The translations under genes and the position numbers were made by a program. DNA of 64,000 nucleotides, taken from the NCBI GenBank assembly GCA_964230135.1, contig CAXRFT010000015.1, forward strand, positions 12,708 through 76,707. Reading direction: 5' to 3'. Shown in pieces: positions 48,027 to 57,887 of this stretch (position 1 is the first letter of the stretch; every line of letters begins with the position of its first letter). The notes under the pieces are model-generated. The model did not search any database. It saw nothing but the letters and a program-made list of their open reading frames with translations, and was not told where the DNA came from. The stretch is from Porticoccaceae bacterium (lineage in GTDB: Bacteria > Pseudomonadota > Gammaproteobacteria > Pseudomonadales > Porticoccaceae).

Positions 48027-49388
48027 ATGGGGTCGATCACTGAAGCAGCTCGTCAAACGCCTGTCATTCACCATACAGAGGTATTGGTGGTGGGCAGTGG
48101 TCCCGGTGGACTGGCGGCGGCAATTGCAGCGGCACGAGCAGGTGCTGAAACCACTTTACTGGAGCGCTACGGTTGTTTCGGTGGAAATCTTACCCAGGTA
48201 GGCGTGGAGGGAGTAGCCTGGTACCGTCACGAAAATACGGTGGACAGTGAAGGCATCGGTATTGAATTTGAACAGCGGGCCAAAGCCATGGGTGCTGCAA
48301 ATCCTGAACCCCAATCAAATAGCCATGCCATTGATGGTGAAGCCTTCAAGTACGTTGCTGATGTCTTGGTTGAAGAAGCAGGAATCACTCCTATGCTGCA
48401 CCGAACCATGGTTGCAGCCATTGTCGAGGGTGGTGTTATCAAGGGTGTCATTGTAGAGAGTAAGGCGGGTCGCGAAGCAATCTTGGCCCAGCGAGTGATC
48501 GACGCCACCGGTGATGCAGACATTGCCTACCGCGCCGGTGCTTTAGTGAAAAAAACACCAGTAGAGGACATGATGGCAGCATCGGTAATGTTTTCCATCA
48601 ACGGTGTCGATCGGCATCGCTTTATCGAAGACGTCAAAGCCAATGCTCATACCTATAGTGATTGGTGTGGGCCCGACTGGTCAATGCAGACCTCAGGGAA
48701 AGAAGACCAGATGTTTTCTCCCTATTTAAAGAAGCCCTTTGAAAAAGCCATTGCCTCTGGCCTGATCCCGGAAAACTTAAATACCATCACCGGAACCTGG
48801 GGTGCCATCAGTGAACAGGGTGATCTCAGCTATTTAAATCTCATTCACTTAGCTGGTTTAGACGCCACTAATCCTGATCATCTGACAAGAGGGGAAATTG
48901 AGGGACGCCGGCAAGCGATGCTCGCCATTGAGGCTCTAAAGAAATTCAATCCCGGCTGTGAAAATGCCAAATTGAGAAACTTTGGCATGACGCTCGGTGT
49001 TCGCGACACACGAAAAATCGACGCTATCTACAATATGACCGCAGAGGATGTGCGCAACCAGGGAAAATTTGATGATTCAATTGGCATATTCCCGGAGTTT
49101 ATCGACGGCTATGGCATCTTGATTCTGCCCACCACTGGTCGCTATTTTCAACTGCCCTATCGCGCCATGTTACCCAAGGGTGTAAAACATCTATTGGTGA
49201 CAGGGCGCAGTGTTGGCGGTGATCGCGATTCCCATGCAGCGGTGCGCAACATGATGTGTTGTGCGGTCAATGGCCAGGGGGCTGGAGTCGCTGCCGCCGT
49301 CTCAATCCGATCACAGGTAGACGTCGCCGAGGTCAATATAAAAGAAGTACAGAAAACACTGATTAGTCAGGGTGCACGGATTCAGTAG
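48027..49388 (+). CDS. FAD-dependent oxidoreductase (FAD_oxidored/GIDA-like fold), function unknown
   Basis: Contains VLVVGSGPGGLAAAIAAARAGA.T.LLER....GG and DATGDADIA. It is the first gene of the carnitine-type operon. Confidence 0.78.
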   Translation: MGSITEAARQTPVIHHTEVLVVGSGPGGLAAAIAAARAGAETTLLERYGCFGGNLTQVGVEGVAWYRHENTVDSEGIGIEFEQRAKAMGAANPEPQSNSHAIDGEAFKYVADVLVEEAGITPMLHRTMVAAIVEGGVIKGVIVESKAGREAILAQRVIDATGDADIAYRAGALVKKTPVEDMMAASVMFSINGVDRHRFIEDVKANAHTYSDWCGPDWSMQTSGKEDQMFSPYLKKPFEKAIASGLIPENLNTITGTWGAISEQGDLSYLNLIHLAGLDATNPDHLTRGEIEGRRQAMLAIEALKKFNPGCENAKLRNFGMTLGVRDTRKIDAIYNMTAEDVRNQGKFDDSIGIFPEFIDGYGILILPTTGRYFQLPYRAMLPKGVKHLLVTGRSVGGDRDSHAAVRNMMCCAVNGQGAGVAAAVSIRSQVDVAEVNIKEVQKTLISQGARIQ

Positions 49389-49446
49389 ATGATCAATTTA
49401 CCGGCTTTACAAAAACTCCTATTTTTCTCGATAAAAGAGGTCGCTC

Positions 49447-50355
49447 ATGCCCTTAAGTATAACTTCAGATGTCTTTATTACCTGTGCCATCACAGGATCT
49501 GGTAGCACCCAAGATCGCAGCGATAAAGTCCCGCGATCACCTGCACAAATTGCCGAAAGTGCCATTGCCGCTGCCCGTGCCGGAGCTGCCGTGGTTCACT
49601 GCCATGTGCGCGATCCAGAGACGGGCGTTCCCTCCAGGGATCCTAAACTTTACCGAGAGCTCACCGATCGTATCCGCGACTCAGACACTGATGTGGTGTT
49701 AAATCTCACCGCCGGAATGGGTGGTGATATGGTATTTGGCCCCCCCTCTGCGCCACTGCCTCTGCAGGCTGGCACCGACATGGGTAGCGCCGAGAGTCGC
49801 ATAGAACCCATTGCAGAGTGCTTACCGGAAATCTGCACGCTGGACTGTGGCACCATGAATTTTGCCGAAGCCGACTATGTCATGACCAACACCCCGGGAA
49901 TGTTGAGAGCCATGGGCAGTATGATGACCTCACTGGGTGTGAAACCTGAAATTGAAGCCTTTGACACAGGTCACCTTTGGTTTGCCCACCAGCTGGTTAA
50001 AGAGGGTGTTATTGATGATCCTGTACTGGTGCAACTTTGCATGGGCATACCCTGGGGTGCACCCAATGATCTAAACACCTTTATGGCCATGGTGAACAAC
50101 ATCCCCGCCAATTGGAACTGGTCCTCTTTTTCCATTGGTCGCGACCAAATGCCCTACGTTGCCGCCTCGGTTCTTGCCGGAGGAAACGTAAGAGTTGGTC
50201 TCGAAGATAATCTTTGGTTGAAAAAGGGTGTCCTGGCGACCAATGCTGATCTTGTTAACAAAGCCAGCAGCATTATTCACGGCATGGGAGCAAAATTGAT
50301 GGACCCGCAACAAGTTCGCAAGAAATTAGGTTTAACTAAGCGAGCGCCGAGATGA
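49447..50355 (+). CDS. BKACE family enzyme (3-keto-5-aminohexanoate cleavage-like; probable dehydrocarnitine cleavage enzyme)
   Basis: Contains ITCAITGS and the Zn ligands in VVHCHVRDPETG. The length is about 300 aa. It overlaps the downstream carnitine dehydrogenase gene by 4 nt (ATGA). Confidence 0.85.
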   Translation: MPLSITSDVFITCAITGSGSTQDRSDKVPRSPAQIAESAIAAARAGAAVVHCHVRDPETGVPSRDPKLYRELTDRIRDSDTDVVLNLTAGMGGDMVFGPPSAPLPLQAGTDMGSAESRIEPIAECLPEICTLDCGTMNFAEADYVMTNTPGMLRAMGSMMTSLGVKPEIEAFDTGHLWFAHQLVKEGVIDDPVLVQLCMGIPWGAPNDLNTFMAMVNNIPANWNWSSFSIGRDQMPYVAASVLAGGNVRVGLEDNLWLKKGVLATNADLVNKASSIIHGMGAKLMDPQQVRKKLGLTKRAPR

Positions 50356-51791
50356 ATTCAGTGGCAGAATCTGCACATCAGTCTACCTCTATGCCGTCAT
50401 CCTTTGCTGTCATCGGCGGCGGCGTCATCGGCGGTGGCTGGATTGCGCGATTTTTGGTCATGGGTTGCAATGTTAAGGTCTATGATCCCGACCCGCAGGC
50501 CGAACGAAAAATAAACCAAATCGTATCCAACGCACGGCGGTCGCTCCCGGGTTTATATGAGCATGTTCTACCAAAAGAAGGCACACTGCACATCTGCGAC
50601 AGTATTGAAGAAGCCGTGTCAGACGCTCAGTGGATTGGGGAATCAGTCCCCGAGCGTTTAGATGTAAAGCATCAAATCTTCAGAGAAATACAATGCCACT
50701 GCAAAGACGATGCCATTATCGCCTCATCGACATCCGGCTTTAAGCCATCACAATTACAGCAAGAATCATGCAATCCCGAACAAATTATTGTCGCCCATCC
50801 ATTCAATCCGGTGTATTTAATTCCCCTGGTTGAGCTGGTAGGAGACAGAGAAACTACAACTGCAGCTGCAAAAATCTTGTCACAACTGGGTATGCACCCA
50901 CTTACCCTGCGCAAAGAGATTGATGCGCATATTGCCGACCGACTGCTGGAGGCTGTGTGGCGTGAGGGTCTCTGGCTGATCAATGACGGTATTGCCACCA
51001 CCGCTGAGATCGATGATGTCATTCGCTATGGATTTGGTCTGCGTTGGGCTCAAATGGGTATGTTTGAAACCTATAGAATCGCTGGTGGCGAAGCCGGGAT
51101 GAAACATTTCATTGAACAATTTGGTCCGGCCTTGAAATGGCCCTGGACAAAACTTATGGATGTGCCTGAGCTGTCAGATGAATTGATCTCTGCCATAGCT
51201 AATCAATCCGATGAGCAATCTGGACAACACTCAATTAACGATCTTGAACAGATTCGAGATGACAATTTGGTTGCCATGATGAGGTCGCTCAAACTCAAAG
51301 ACTGGGCGGCGGGTGATCTACTTAACAAGGTTGATCATCGGCTGGAGGCCAGTGCAGTGCTGGCGTCTCAAACCCCCTATCAACGCAATAATGTGCAGAC
51401 CATCCACCGTGTCATTCCCAGCAGCTGGCTGGATTTTAATGGTCATATGAATGACAGTCACTACGCTGAAGTTTTCTCAAAAGCCAGTGACATTATTCTC
51501 AGGCGCTTAGGCGCAGATCCCAACTATGTGGCCAGAGGTTACAGCTATTTTACTGTGGACATGAAAATAGATTACATCGACGAATGCCATGCCGGTGATG
51601 AAGTTAAAGTCTTTACCAGTATCAAGCTGGCCGACGGTAAAAAGCTAGACCTATACCATGAGTTGAAAGATACCGCGGGTAACCTTCGCGCCACGGCCAG
51701 CCAATTTTTGCTGCATGTGGATCTTCAGTCTCGTAAGTCCTGCGAGCCAGTGGAGCCGCTGGCAACTCATTTGAAACGATTAAAAGACTAA
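50352..51791 (+). CDS. lcdH: L-carnitine dehydrogenase fused to a C-terminal hotdog thioesterase domain
   Basis: The N-terminal 3-hydroxyacyl-CoA-dehydrogenase Rossmann fold is FAVIGGGVIGGGWIARF. The C-terminal roughly 140 aa (WLDFNGHMNDSHYAEVFS...) resembles a 4HBT-type thioesterase. The gene context fits. Confidence 0.78.
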   Translation: MNSVAESAHQSTSMPSSFAVIGGGVIGGGWIARFLVMGCNVKVYDPDPQAERKINQIVSNARRSLPGLYEHVLPKEGTLHICDSIEEAVSDAQWIGESVPERLDVKHQIFREIQCHCKDDAIIASSTSGFKPSQLQQESCNPEQIIVAHPFNPVYLIPLVELVGDRETTTAAAKILSQLGMHPLTLRKEIDAHIADRLLEAVWREGLWLINDGIATTAEIDDVIRYGFGLRWAQMGMFETYRIAGGEAGMKHFIEQFGPALKWPWTKLMDVPELSDELISAIANQSDEQSGQHSINDLEQIRDDNLVAMMRSLKLKDWAAGDLLNKVDHRLEASAVLASQTPYQRNNVQTIHRVIPSSWLDFNGHMNDSHYAEVFSKASDIILRRLGADPNYVARGYSYFTVDMKIDYIDECHAGDEVKVFTSIKLADGKKLDLYHELKDTAGNLRATASQFLLHVDLQSRKSCEPVEPLATHLKRLKD

Positions 51792-51822
51792 ACAAACGTA
51801 TTGACAACATGGAGTCATCACC

Positions 51823-53001
51823 ATGCAAATACATAACAATATCGCTACCCCTGACAACCTTTACTGGCCTATAAGTGAATCTCTTATCTCAGTTCAAATC
51901 GTCAACAAATCTCTGATAGTTCACTGGAGCGATGGTCAACAATCGACGCTGCATCCTATCTGGCTGCGGGAAAACTGCTGTTGCCATAAATGTCTCAATC
52001 CAGTGACTCGAGAACATCTGGTGGACTTGCGCGACATACCGGCCGATATTAGACCTATATCAGCTGATGTTGACGAGCGAGGAGCTCTTGTGGTGATTTG
52101 GTCACATGAAAATCATCGCAGTCATTATAATCCCCACTGGCTTTATGCCCACAGTACCAACAGAGGATCTGAGAGGGATGATAAGATTAGACCATGGAAT
52201 ACCACTGATCTGCAGGAGCCGCTGAGTTTCAATACAGTGAACGGTATCATTGACGATGACGTCTTATATGAGGTGTTGTTAACCATCCTCCGCTATGGCG
52301 TAGCACGAGTACGGGCGCTTCCGGTAGATGAAAGACAAGTCGAAGATCTAGCGTTGCGCATAGGGCCCATAAGAGAAACCCACTTCGATCGCATTTTTGA
52401 CGTGGTTTCAAAGGCCGACAGTGACACACTTGCCAATACCAGTCACTATTTAGCTGCACACACAGATATACCAACACGGGAGTCACCTCCAGGAATTCAG
52501 TTACTACATTGCCGTATTGCTGAGGCCAAGGGTGGCCACAGCACGCTAACTGACGGATTTAAAGTTGCGATGGATATCAAACAACAATTTCCGGCCTACT
52601 ATAAGATTCTTACCACTGTGAAGTGGTGTCATGCCAACCGAGCTGGACCCACAGACTATCGCTGGGAAGCGCCGATCATCGGATTAGACCAGCAAGGTGA
52701 GCTCCGAGAGGTGCGGCTGTTGCCCTTCTCCAGAGCGCCACTTAAGGCCGACTACGATTACATGGATGACATCTACGCAGCGCTCAAATGTTTTATGGAG
52801 ATGGTTAATTCTCCCGAGTATCAAATGACCTTTCCATTCAAGGCTGGGGATCTAATTATGTTTGACAACCGCCGATTATTACATGGGCGAGGAGAGTTCT
52901 ACCCGAAAACCGGTGATAGAGCCCTGCGTGGCACCTATATTGAACGAGATGACGTGTTGTCAAAGATTCGGCAGATCGAACAGCAGCGTTGTCGATTATA
53001 A
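51823..53001 (+). CDS. Gamma-butyrobetaine dioxygenase-like (TauD/TfdA family with N-terminal DUF971 zinc domain)
   Basis: The N-terminal Zn cluster is NCCCHKC...H. The Fe(II) triad is AAHTDIP...LLHGR. Confidence 0.82.
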   Translation: MQIHNNIATPDNLYWPISESLISVQIVNKSLIVHWSDGQQSTLHPIWLRENCCCHKCLNPVTREHLVDLRDIPADIRPISADVDERGALVVIWSHENHRSHYNPHWLYAHSTNRGSERDDKIRPWNTTDLQEPLSFNTVNGIIDDDVLYEVLLTILRYGVARVRALPVDERQVEDLALRIGPIRETHFDRIFDVVSKADSDTLANTSHYLAAHTDIPTRESPPGIQLLHCRIAEAKGGHSTLTDGFKVAMDIKQQFPAYYKILTTVKWCHANRAGPTDYRWEAPIIGLDQQGELREVRLLPFSRAPLKADYDYMDDIYAALKCFMEMVNSPEYQMTFPFKAGDLIMFDNRRLLHGRGEFYPKTGDRALRGTYIERDDVLSKIRQIEQQRCRL

Positions 53002-53011
53002 AAGAAAGAAT

Positions 53012-53041
53012 AAAAAAGGGCGCCAAATAGGCGCCCTTTTT
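53012..53041. terminator. Bidirectional Rho-independent terminator (convergent BBOX-like gene / TBDR)
   Basis: AAAAAA-GGGCGCC-aaata-GGCGCCC-TTTTT, a perfect 7-bp GC stem flanked by A and T runs. Confidence 0.8.
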
Positions 53042-53055
53042 AAGTCCTAAAGAGC

Positions 53056-55536
53056 TTAGAACTTTAGGCCCACTCGGAACCCAAGGGTCCGTGGACGATT
53101 TGTCATGATACGCGCATCCCAGTTCACCGCATTGCGGAAAACTTCGCCACGCTCATCAAACAAGTTACGAACATACAGCTCGGCAGTCCAGGTATCCATA
53201 TCTTTACCCACTGCCACATTCATGATTTGGTAATCATCCTGTTTGAAACGCTTGGTAGGAATGGTTCCACCGTCATACAGATTATTGTATGAGGATCCAG
53301 TGTAGATATAGCTAGCCTGAGCAAACCAATTGGACTCTAACTCGTATCGCGAGGACAGATTCCATTTAGTCTTTGGCACTCTGGGTAAGGATGTACCTGA
53401 AGCGGCCGTGGGCGCATCCAAGCCACTGCTTTGATAGTAATCTTCACTCAGCTCAGCCTCGATATATGAGAAAGCTCCGGACAACGTCCAATTTTCAGCC
53501 AACATCGCTGTAAAATCTGCTTCTATACCATCCGACTTCGCCTGACCAATGTTGTACGTCAAGGTTACCGGTGATATCGAAGTGTCCAATCGAGAGAACT
53601 GGAAATCGTCCCAGTCTTGCATAAAGGCCGCAGCGTTAAATACCATTCGTCCATCCATCAATGAACCCTTCATACCGATCTCAAGAGAGGTCAAGAAATC
53701 CGGCACGAAATCACATCGGGCTCCAGTAGTATCGTCTCGTCCCTGGCCACCGTAATCAGCCTCATTGCCCACCGAACAGAAGCGGTTCAAACCACCGGGA
53801 CGGTAACCTTCACCCCAGGCCGTGTAGAGCATCAGATCATCGCTCATCGACCACTCTGCGGTTAGACGGTAAACCTCATCTTTCGATGCGGTAATGCGGT
53901 TAGCATCAGCACAGTCAGCGCCGTAGTTGTTGGTGGGCCTATAGTTTCCCGAGGCCTCTTGCGCAGCAGCACTAGGGCCACCGCCACAGGGCCACCAGAC
54001 AGTTCCAGAAAATCCATCGAGGTAGCTCTCAGCATCAAACTGTCGAGCACTGGCAGCTAACGTCAGGTTTTCCGTAACATCGTAGGCAATCTCACCAAAA
54101 AAAGCCTGTTCCTCATAACTTCTTCTGAAATCAGTTGTCCAGTAGATGTCTGGGCCATCAATGGCAGTTACCATACCCAGATCGGCTAAACCGAGCACAT
54201 GCCACTCAGCATCATCTCGGTTTTTAACGTCGACAGAGTAGTAGCCTGCCTGCCATCGGAAAGGTTTAGTTGGATCTGATGCATAGCGCAATTCTATGGT
54301 TTCACGCTGATAGTTGGCATGATCTTCGTAGAGAGTTCTTGGGTCTGAACAACCATAGTAGGCTGCGTAGCAAGAGTAGTAGGGCTGAACATAACCGGCA
54401 GAAACATAGAAGTCACTGTAGAGTGAATAATCCGCATCCACTTCATAATCACGATCTAAATCACCATAATTAAACGTCAGTGTACCGCCTGCAACATCGC
54501 CCTCTACTTTAAGAGAATACTGAGTCCACTCATCGTCAAGACTATCAGGTAACATTCTCATGACCTGAAGATCTCCCACTGTTGGATCATGATCCCAAAC
54601 ACCTTTTGACTCGAGGTCCTGATGCATGACCGATGCGGTGGCAGTCCAACTATCATTGAGATCCACACTAAGGGCAGCCCTAAAGCCCGTTGTATCTGCC
54701 GTATTGAAATTCTCCTCTGCAACATCACCTATATCACCTGAGGTATAGTTGTTGTAGGTAAAATCAGGCGCCATGGCCATAGCCTCTGCTTCGGTGGCGC
54801 CATCGGCCACTAGTGCATTTCTGATATAACCATGTTTAAAGGTATATTCACCTTGCACGTTATCGATAAAGCCTCCCTCGCGCTTTGAATAACCGACAAC
54901 GCGCAGAGCAGCTTTCTCAGTGAGCGGGATATTGACAAAACCCTCAACGGTTTCACCGAAATCGCCACTCTTTGGCTGACTTACATCCAGATTAAGCCCT
55001 GCAGAAAATGCAGTGGGATCTGGCTGATTAGTGATAATACGCATGGCACCAGACTGGGCATTTGCTCCGAACAGCGTACCCTGCGGACCAGCCAATACCT
55101 CGATACGCGCCACATCATAAATATGTGGATTGAGATATGCTCCAGTAGCAGTCACTGGTTGGTCATCGAGGTACACCGCAACACTAGGGTTTGCCCCCAA
55201 TGAGCTTTCGCCACCCGATGAGATGCCACGGATGTAAACGTTACCGTTACCAGGGCCGAGGGTTATGTAACTGACATTTGGTAACATTGTTACATAATCT
55301 TCTAAATCAGTAATGTTTAAATCACTCAAAGTCTCCCCACCCAGCACAGAGATTGCCATGGGAATATCTTGAGCGCTTTCTGTTCTCTTCGTCGCTGTAA
55401 CGATAACTTCTTCGACTTGCTGTGCCAGTGCGATGGGCGTCATGCCTACCGACAGTGCAGCAACCATTGCAGCAAGGGGTTTTGACGACCACCGCTTGCC
55501 TTGTGATGATTCACGCTTGTCTCCTGAATTAATCAT
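53056..55536 (-). CDS. TonB-dependent receptor (about 826 aa)
   Basis: Signal peptide ...MVAALSVGMTPIALAQQ, TonB box/plug EEVIVTATKR.ESAQDIPMAISV and a terminal Phe (VGLKF). The start is trimmed to MINSGDK ('cat' at 55534-55536). Confidence 0.9.
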   Translation of the reverse strand: MINSGDKRESSQGKRWSSKPLAAMVAALSVGMTPIALAQQVEEVIVTATKRTESAQDIPMAISVLGGETLSDLNITDLEDYVTMLPNVSYITLGPGNGNVYIRGISSGGESSLGANPSVAVYLDDQPVTATGAYLNPHIYDVARIEVLAGPQGTLFGANAQSGAMRIITNQPDPTAFSAGLNLDVSQPKSGDFGETVEGFVNIPLTEKAALRVVGYSKREGGFIDNVQGEYTFKHGYIRNALVADGATEAEAMAMAPDFTYNNYTSGDIGDVAEENFNTADTTGFRAALSVDLNDSWTATASVMHQDLESKGVWDHDPTVGDLQVMRMLPDSLDDEWTQYSLKVEGDVAGGTLTFNYGDLDRDYEVDADYSLYSDFYVSAGYVQPYYSCYAAYYGCSDPRTLYEDHANYQRETIELRYASDPTKPFRWQAGYYSVDVKNRDDAEWHVLGLADLGMVTAIDGPDIYWTTDFRRSYEEQAFFGEIAYDVTENLTLAASARQFDAESYLDGFSGTVWWPCGGGPSAAAQEASGNYRPTNNYGADCADANRITASKDEVYRLTAEWSMSDDLMLYTAWGEGYRPGGLNRFCSVGNEADYGGQGRDDTTGARCDFVPDFLTSLEIGMKGSLMDGRMVFNAAAFMQDWDDFQFSRLDTSISPVTLTYNIGQAKSDGIEADFTAMLAENWTLSGAFSYIEAELSEDYYQSSGLDAPTAASGTSLPRVPKTKWNLSSRYELESNWFAQASYIYTGSSYNNLYDGGTIPTKRFKQDDYQIMNVAVGKDMDTWTAELYVRNLFDERGEVFRNAVNWDARIMTNRPRTLGFRVGLKF

Positions 55537-55692
55537 TTCGTACACCCTTTTGATATCAACTATTTTTAAATAATTATTATGTTTCACCTCTACCAACGAT
55601 ACCACAAGAATGTTGGCATGAACATATTTACATAATCCATCGACAAAATCTTAAAAAGAGAGACTACACTCTTGGTGTGACAAAAATAAGAC

Positions 55693-55708
55693 ATGTTGAC
55701 GTCAACAT
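55693..55708. promoter_or_regulatory. Perfect 16-bp palindrome upstream of the TBDR gene (candidate operator)
   Basis: ATGTTGAC|GTCAACAT sits 157-172 bp upstream of the TBDR start, in the 260-bp gap after the sulfotransferase gene. Confidence 0.4.
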
Positions 55709-55796
55709 CCCTCGATTAGAATCAATGGAGAAATAATCAGTGCTTTTTTAATGGTCTAGTCACAGAGGGAAGTTCACTGATAGCTCAACCAACGAT

Positions 55797-57788
55797 TTAT
55801 AAAATGTCCTGGTAGTATTCTCCAAGCACATCCTTTAATGAAGTCAGCTGACTATCGTAGTTCTGCCACTGGTTGAGCCCGGATTGAAAAATTGGCTGTC
55901 GAACTTGTTCCGAGCTGGCAGAGCGAACGGCTCTATTGTTCTCGTGGAAATTCACACACTGCTGCTGAAAAGGAAGATCACAGTATTCCAGTAGGCGTAC
56001 CACCTGAGTTTCTAAATCCTGTACAACATCCTCATAATTAACCGTCAAGCTATATCCGGGAAGCACTTCGTCTAAATGTTTCATAAGACGAAGATAGTCG
56101 ACATAGTAACGACCAATATCTTCCAGACTGTAGGTAAACGCCTGTCCCTCTGCGAATAGCTGTTTAAAATTGGCAAAACAAGCCGCCATCGGCGCCCTGC
56201 GTGCGTCGATAATCGATGCATTGGGCAAAATTGCACGAATCAATGGAATATGCATGAAATTATTAGGCAACTTATCAATAAAGCGTTTTTCGTGCTTGCG
56301 ATGAGCAGCGCAGGCATCTAGATATTGTTGACCCAAAGCGATCCGCTGAGACTCACTCAGGTCGGACAAAAGCTGCGGGTAACGCCTTGCATCCCCGCGC
56401 TTTCTAGTACCCTCTAGTTGGGCCGCAATACGGCTAATGAAGTGGAGTTCTGCAGTGGCCTCCACATCGGAGTGACTGGCCAAAATCTGCTCCAACAGGG
56501 TAGATCCAGAGCGAGGTAATCCAAGGATAAAAATGGGACTGTTATCTTGATGTCCGCCGGTGTCAAATCCAGACATAAAGGGTGCATCGCAAACGCTAAT
56601 AATATGGTCAACCCGCCGGGTAGTCTCATCGGCATCATAACCACTGAACTGATGTTTAATTTTGTTACCTAACTCATAGGCCTTATAAGAACCTACGTAA
56701 TCTTTTTTGTCTTCAAGAGCCTTACCCAATGCGAAGGCCAAATGATACTTATCTTCGCCATCAGTACTCTCCGACGCCAGTTGTGCTCGCATGGCTGTTA
56801 CTTCACTCTCCGTAAAGGTCACCGTTTTAAGGTTGGCCAAACTCCAATAGGCATCGCCATGCTCCGGATCACTGGCAATAGCGCGACGATAAACCTCCGC
56901 AGCTCGATCGCCTCGACCTGCATAACGCAGTGAGTGACCATAACTGGTTAAAATACTGACATCATCAGGAATTCTGGCGATCACATCCTCGTAGATCTTG
57001 TGGGCCTCATCGTAGCGACCAGCACTAGACGCTACCGCAGCATGCAGTGTCTTGTAACCTACATTGTTGTTATCTAACTTCAACAGTTGATTGACTTGAG
57101 TCATAGCGGCATCAAATTTATCCTGCTTTGACAAGGCCAAGGCATATTTGTGCCGCGCCATGGTGTAGTCTGGAGCAAGCGTTAAACATCGTTCATACAG
57201 TTGCACAGCATCTTTCATCAGACCCAGTTTGTATCCAATGTCCGCAAGCAGTCTGATGGCGTTGACGTCTGTGGGATGTAGTCGAAGATACTCTCGGCAG
57301 ATGCCTTCAGCCACACCGATACGACCAGAAGCGAACAGTTCAGATGCCTGTTTCAGAGCAGGATCAACATCCTTTGCTAAATGAGTTCTTGCATGTGCCT
57401 GAGCCGCTCCATCTGCGTCGCCCTTGGTGATAAGAACTTCTGACAATACCCGCCACGCACTTACAAACCCAGCATCTAATTTCACTGCACGGCGCAGAGC
57501 ACTCTCAGCAGGTGCTAGCTGATCATTAGCGTAATAGGCCAGCCCTAACTCGTAGTGACCCTGGGGCACATTGGGCTGCAGCGCGATAAATGCAGTCAGC
57601 TGATGAATAGCCTCGGTTTGAAAACCATTGAGCCTCAGGGCCACACCTAATAAAAACACTGCCGGAGGATGCCCCGCATCCAGAGCAATAGCTCTACGAG
57701 CAAGAGCTAAGGCTTCGGCAATCTCCCCCTTCTGCAGAGAAGATCGAGTATCTTCAACCAACTGCGCCACACTATGTTTATTTTGCAT
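55797..57788 (-). CDS. TPR-repeat protein fused to a sulfotransferase domain
   Basis: The N-terminal roughly 400 aa consists of repeated TPR-like helices. The C-terminal domain carries the PAPS 5'-PSB loop LGLPRSGSTLLEQIL and a downstream IIDARR.P....FANF block. There is no signal peptide. Confidence 0.85.
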   Translation of the reverse strand: MQNKHSVAQLVEDTRSSLQKGEIAEALALARRAIALDAGHPPAVFLLGVALRLNGFQTEAIHQLTAFIALQPNVPQGHYELGLAYYANDQLAPAESALRRAVKLDAGFVSAWRVLSEVLITKGDADGAAQAHARTHLAKDVDPALKQASELFASGRIGVAEGICREYLRLHPTDVNAIRLLADIGYKLGLMKDAVQLYERCLTLAPDYTMARHKYALALSKQDKFDAAMTQVNQLLKLDNNNVGYKTLHAAVASSAGRYDEAHKIYEDVIARIPDDVSILTSYGHSLRYAGRGDRAAEVYRRAIASDPEHGDAYWSLANLKTVTFTESEVTAMRAQLASESTDGEDKYHLAFALGKALEDKKDYVGSYKAYELGNKIKHQFSGYDADETTRRVDHIISVCDAPFMSGFDTGGHQDNSPIFILGLPRSGSTLLEQILASHSDVEATAELHFISRIAAQLEGTRKRGDARRYPQLLSDLSESQRIALGQQYLDACAAHRKHEKRFIDKLPNNFMHIPLIRAILPNASIIDARRAPMAACFANFKQLFAEGQAFTYSLEDIGRYYVDYLRLMKHLDEVLPGYSLTVNYEDVVQDLETQVVRLLEYCDLPFQQQCVNFHENNRAVRSASSEQVRQPIFQSGLNQWQNYDSQLTSLKDVLGEYYQDIL

Positions 57789-57887
57789 AGTTCTCTAGTG
57801 CCCTTTTGAAAGAAAGCTTTTAAAACGCCACTGCCTCAAAATAGTAATACCAATGTGAAATCTATATCTGAGGTCTATGGCTAACAA

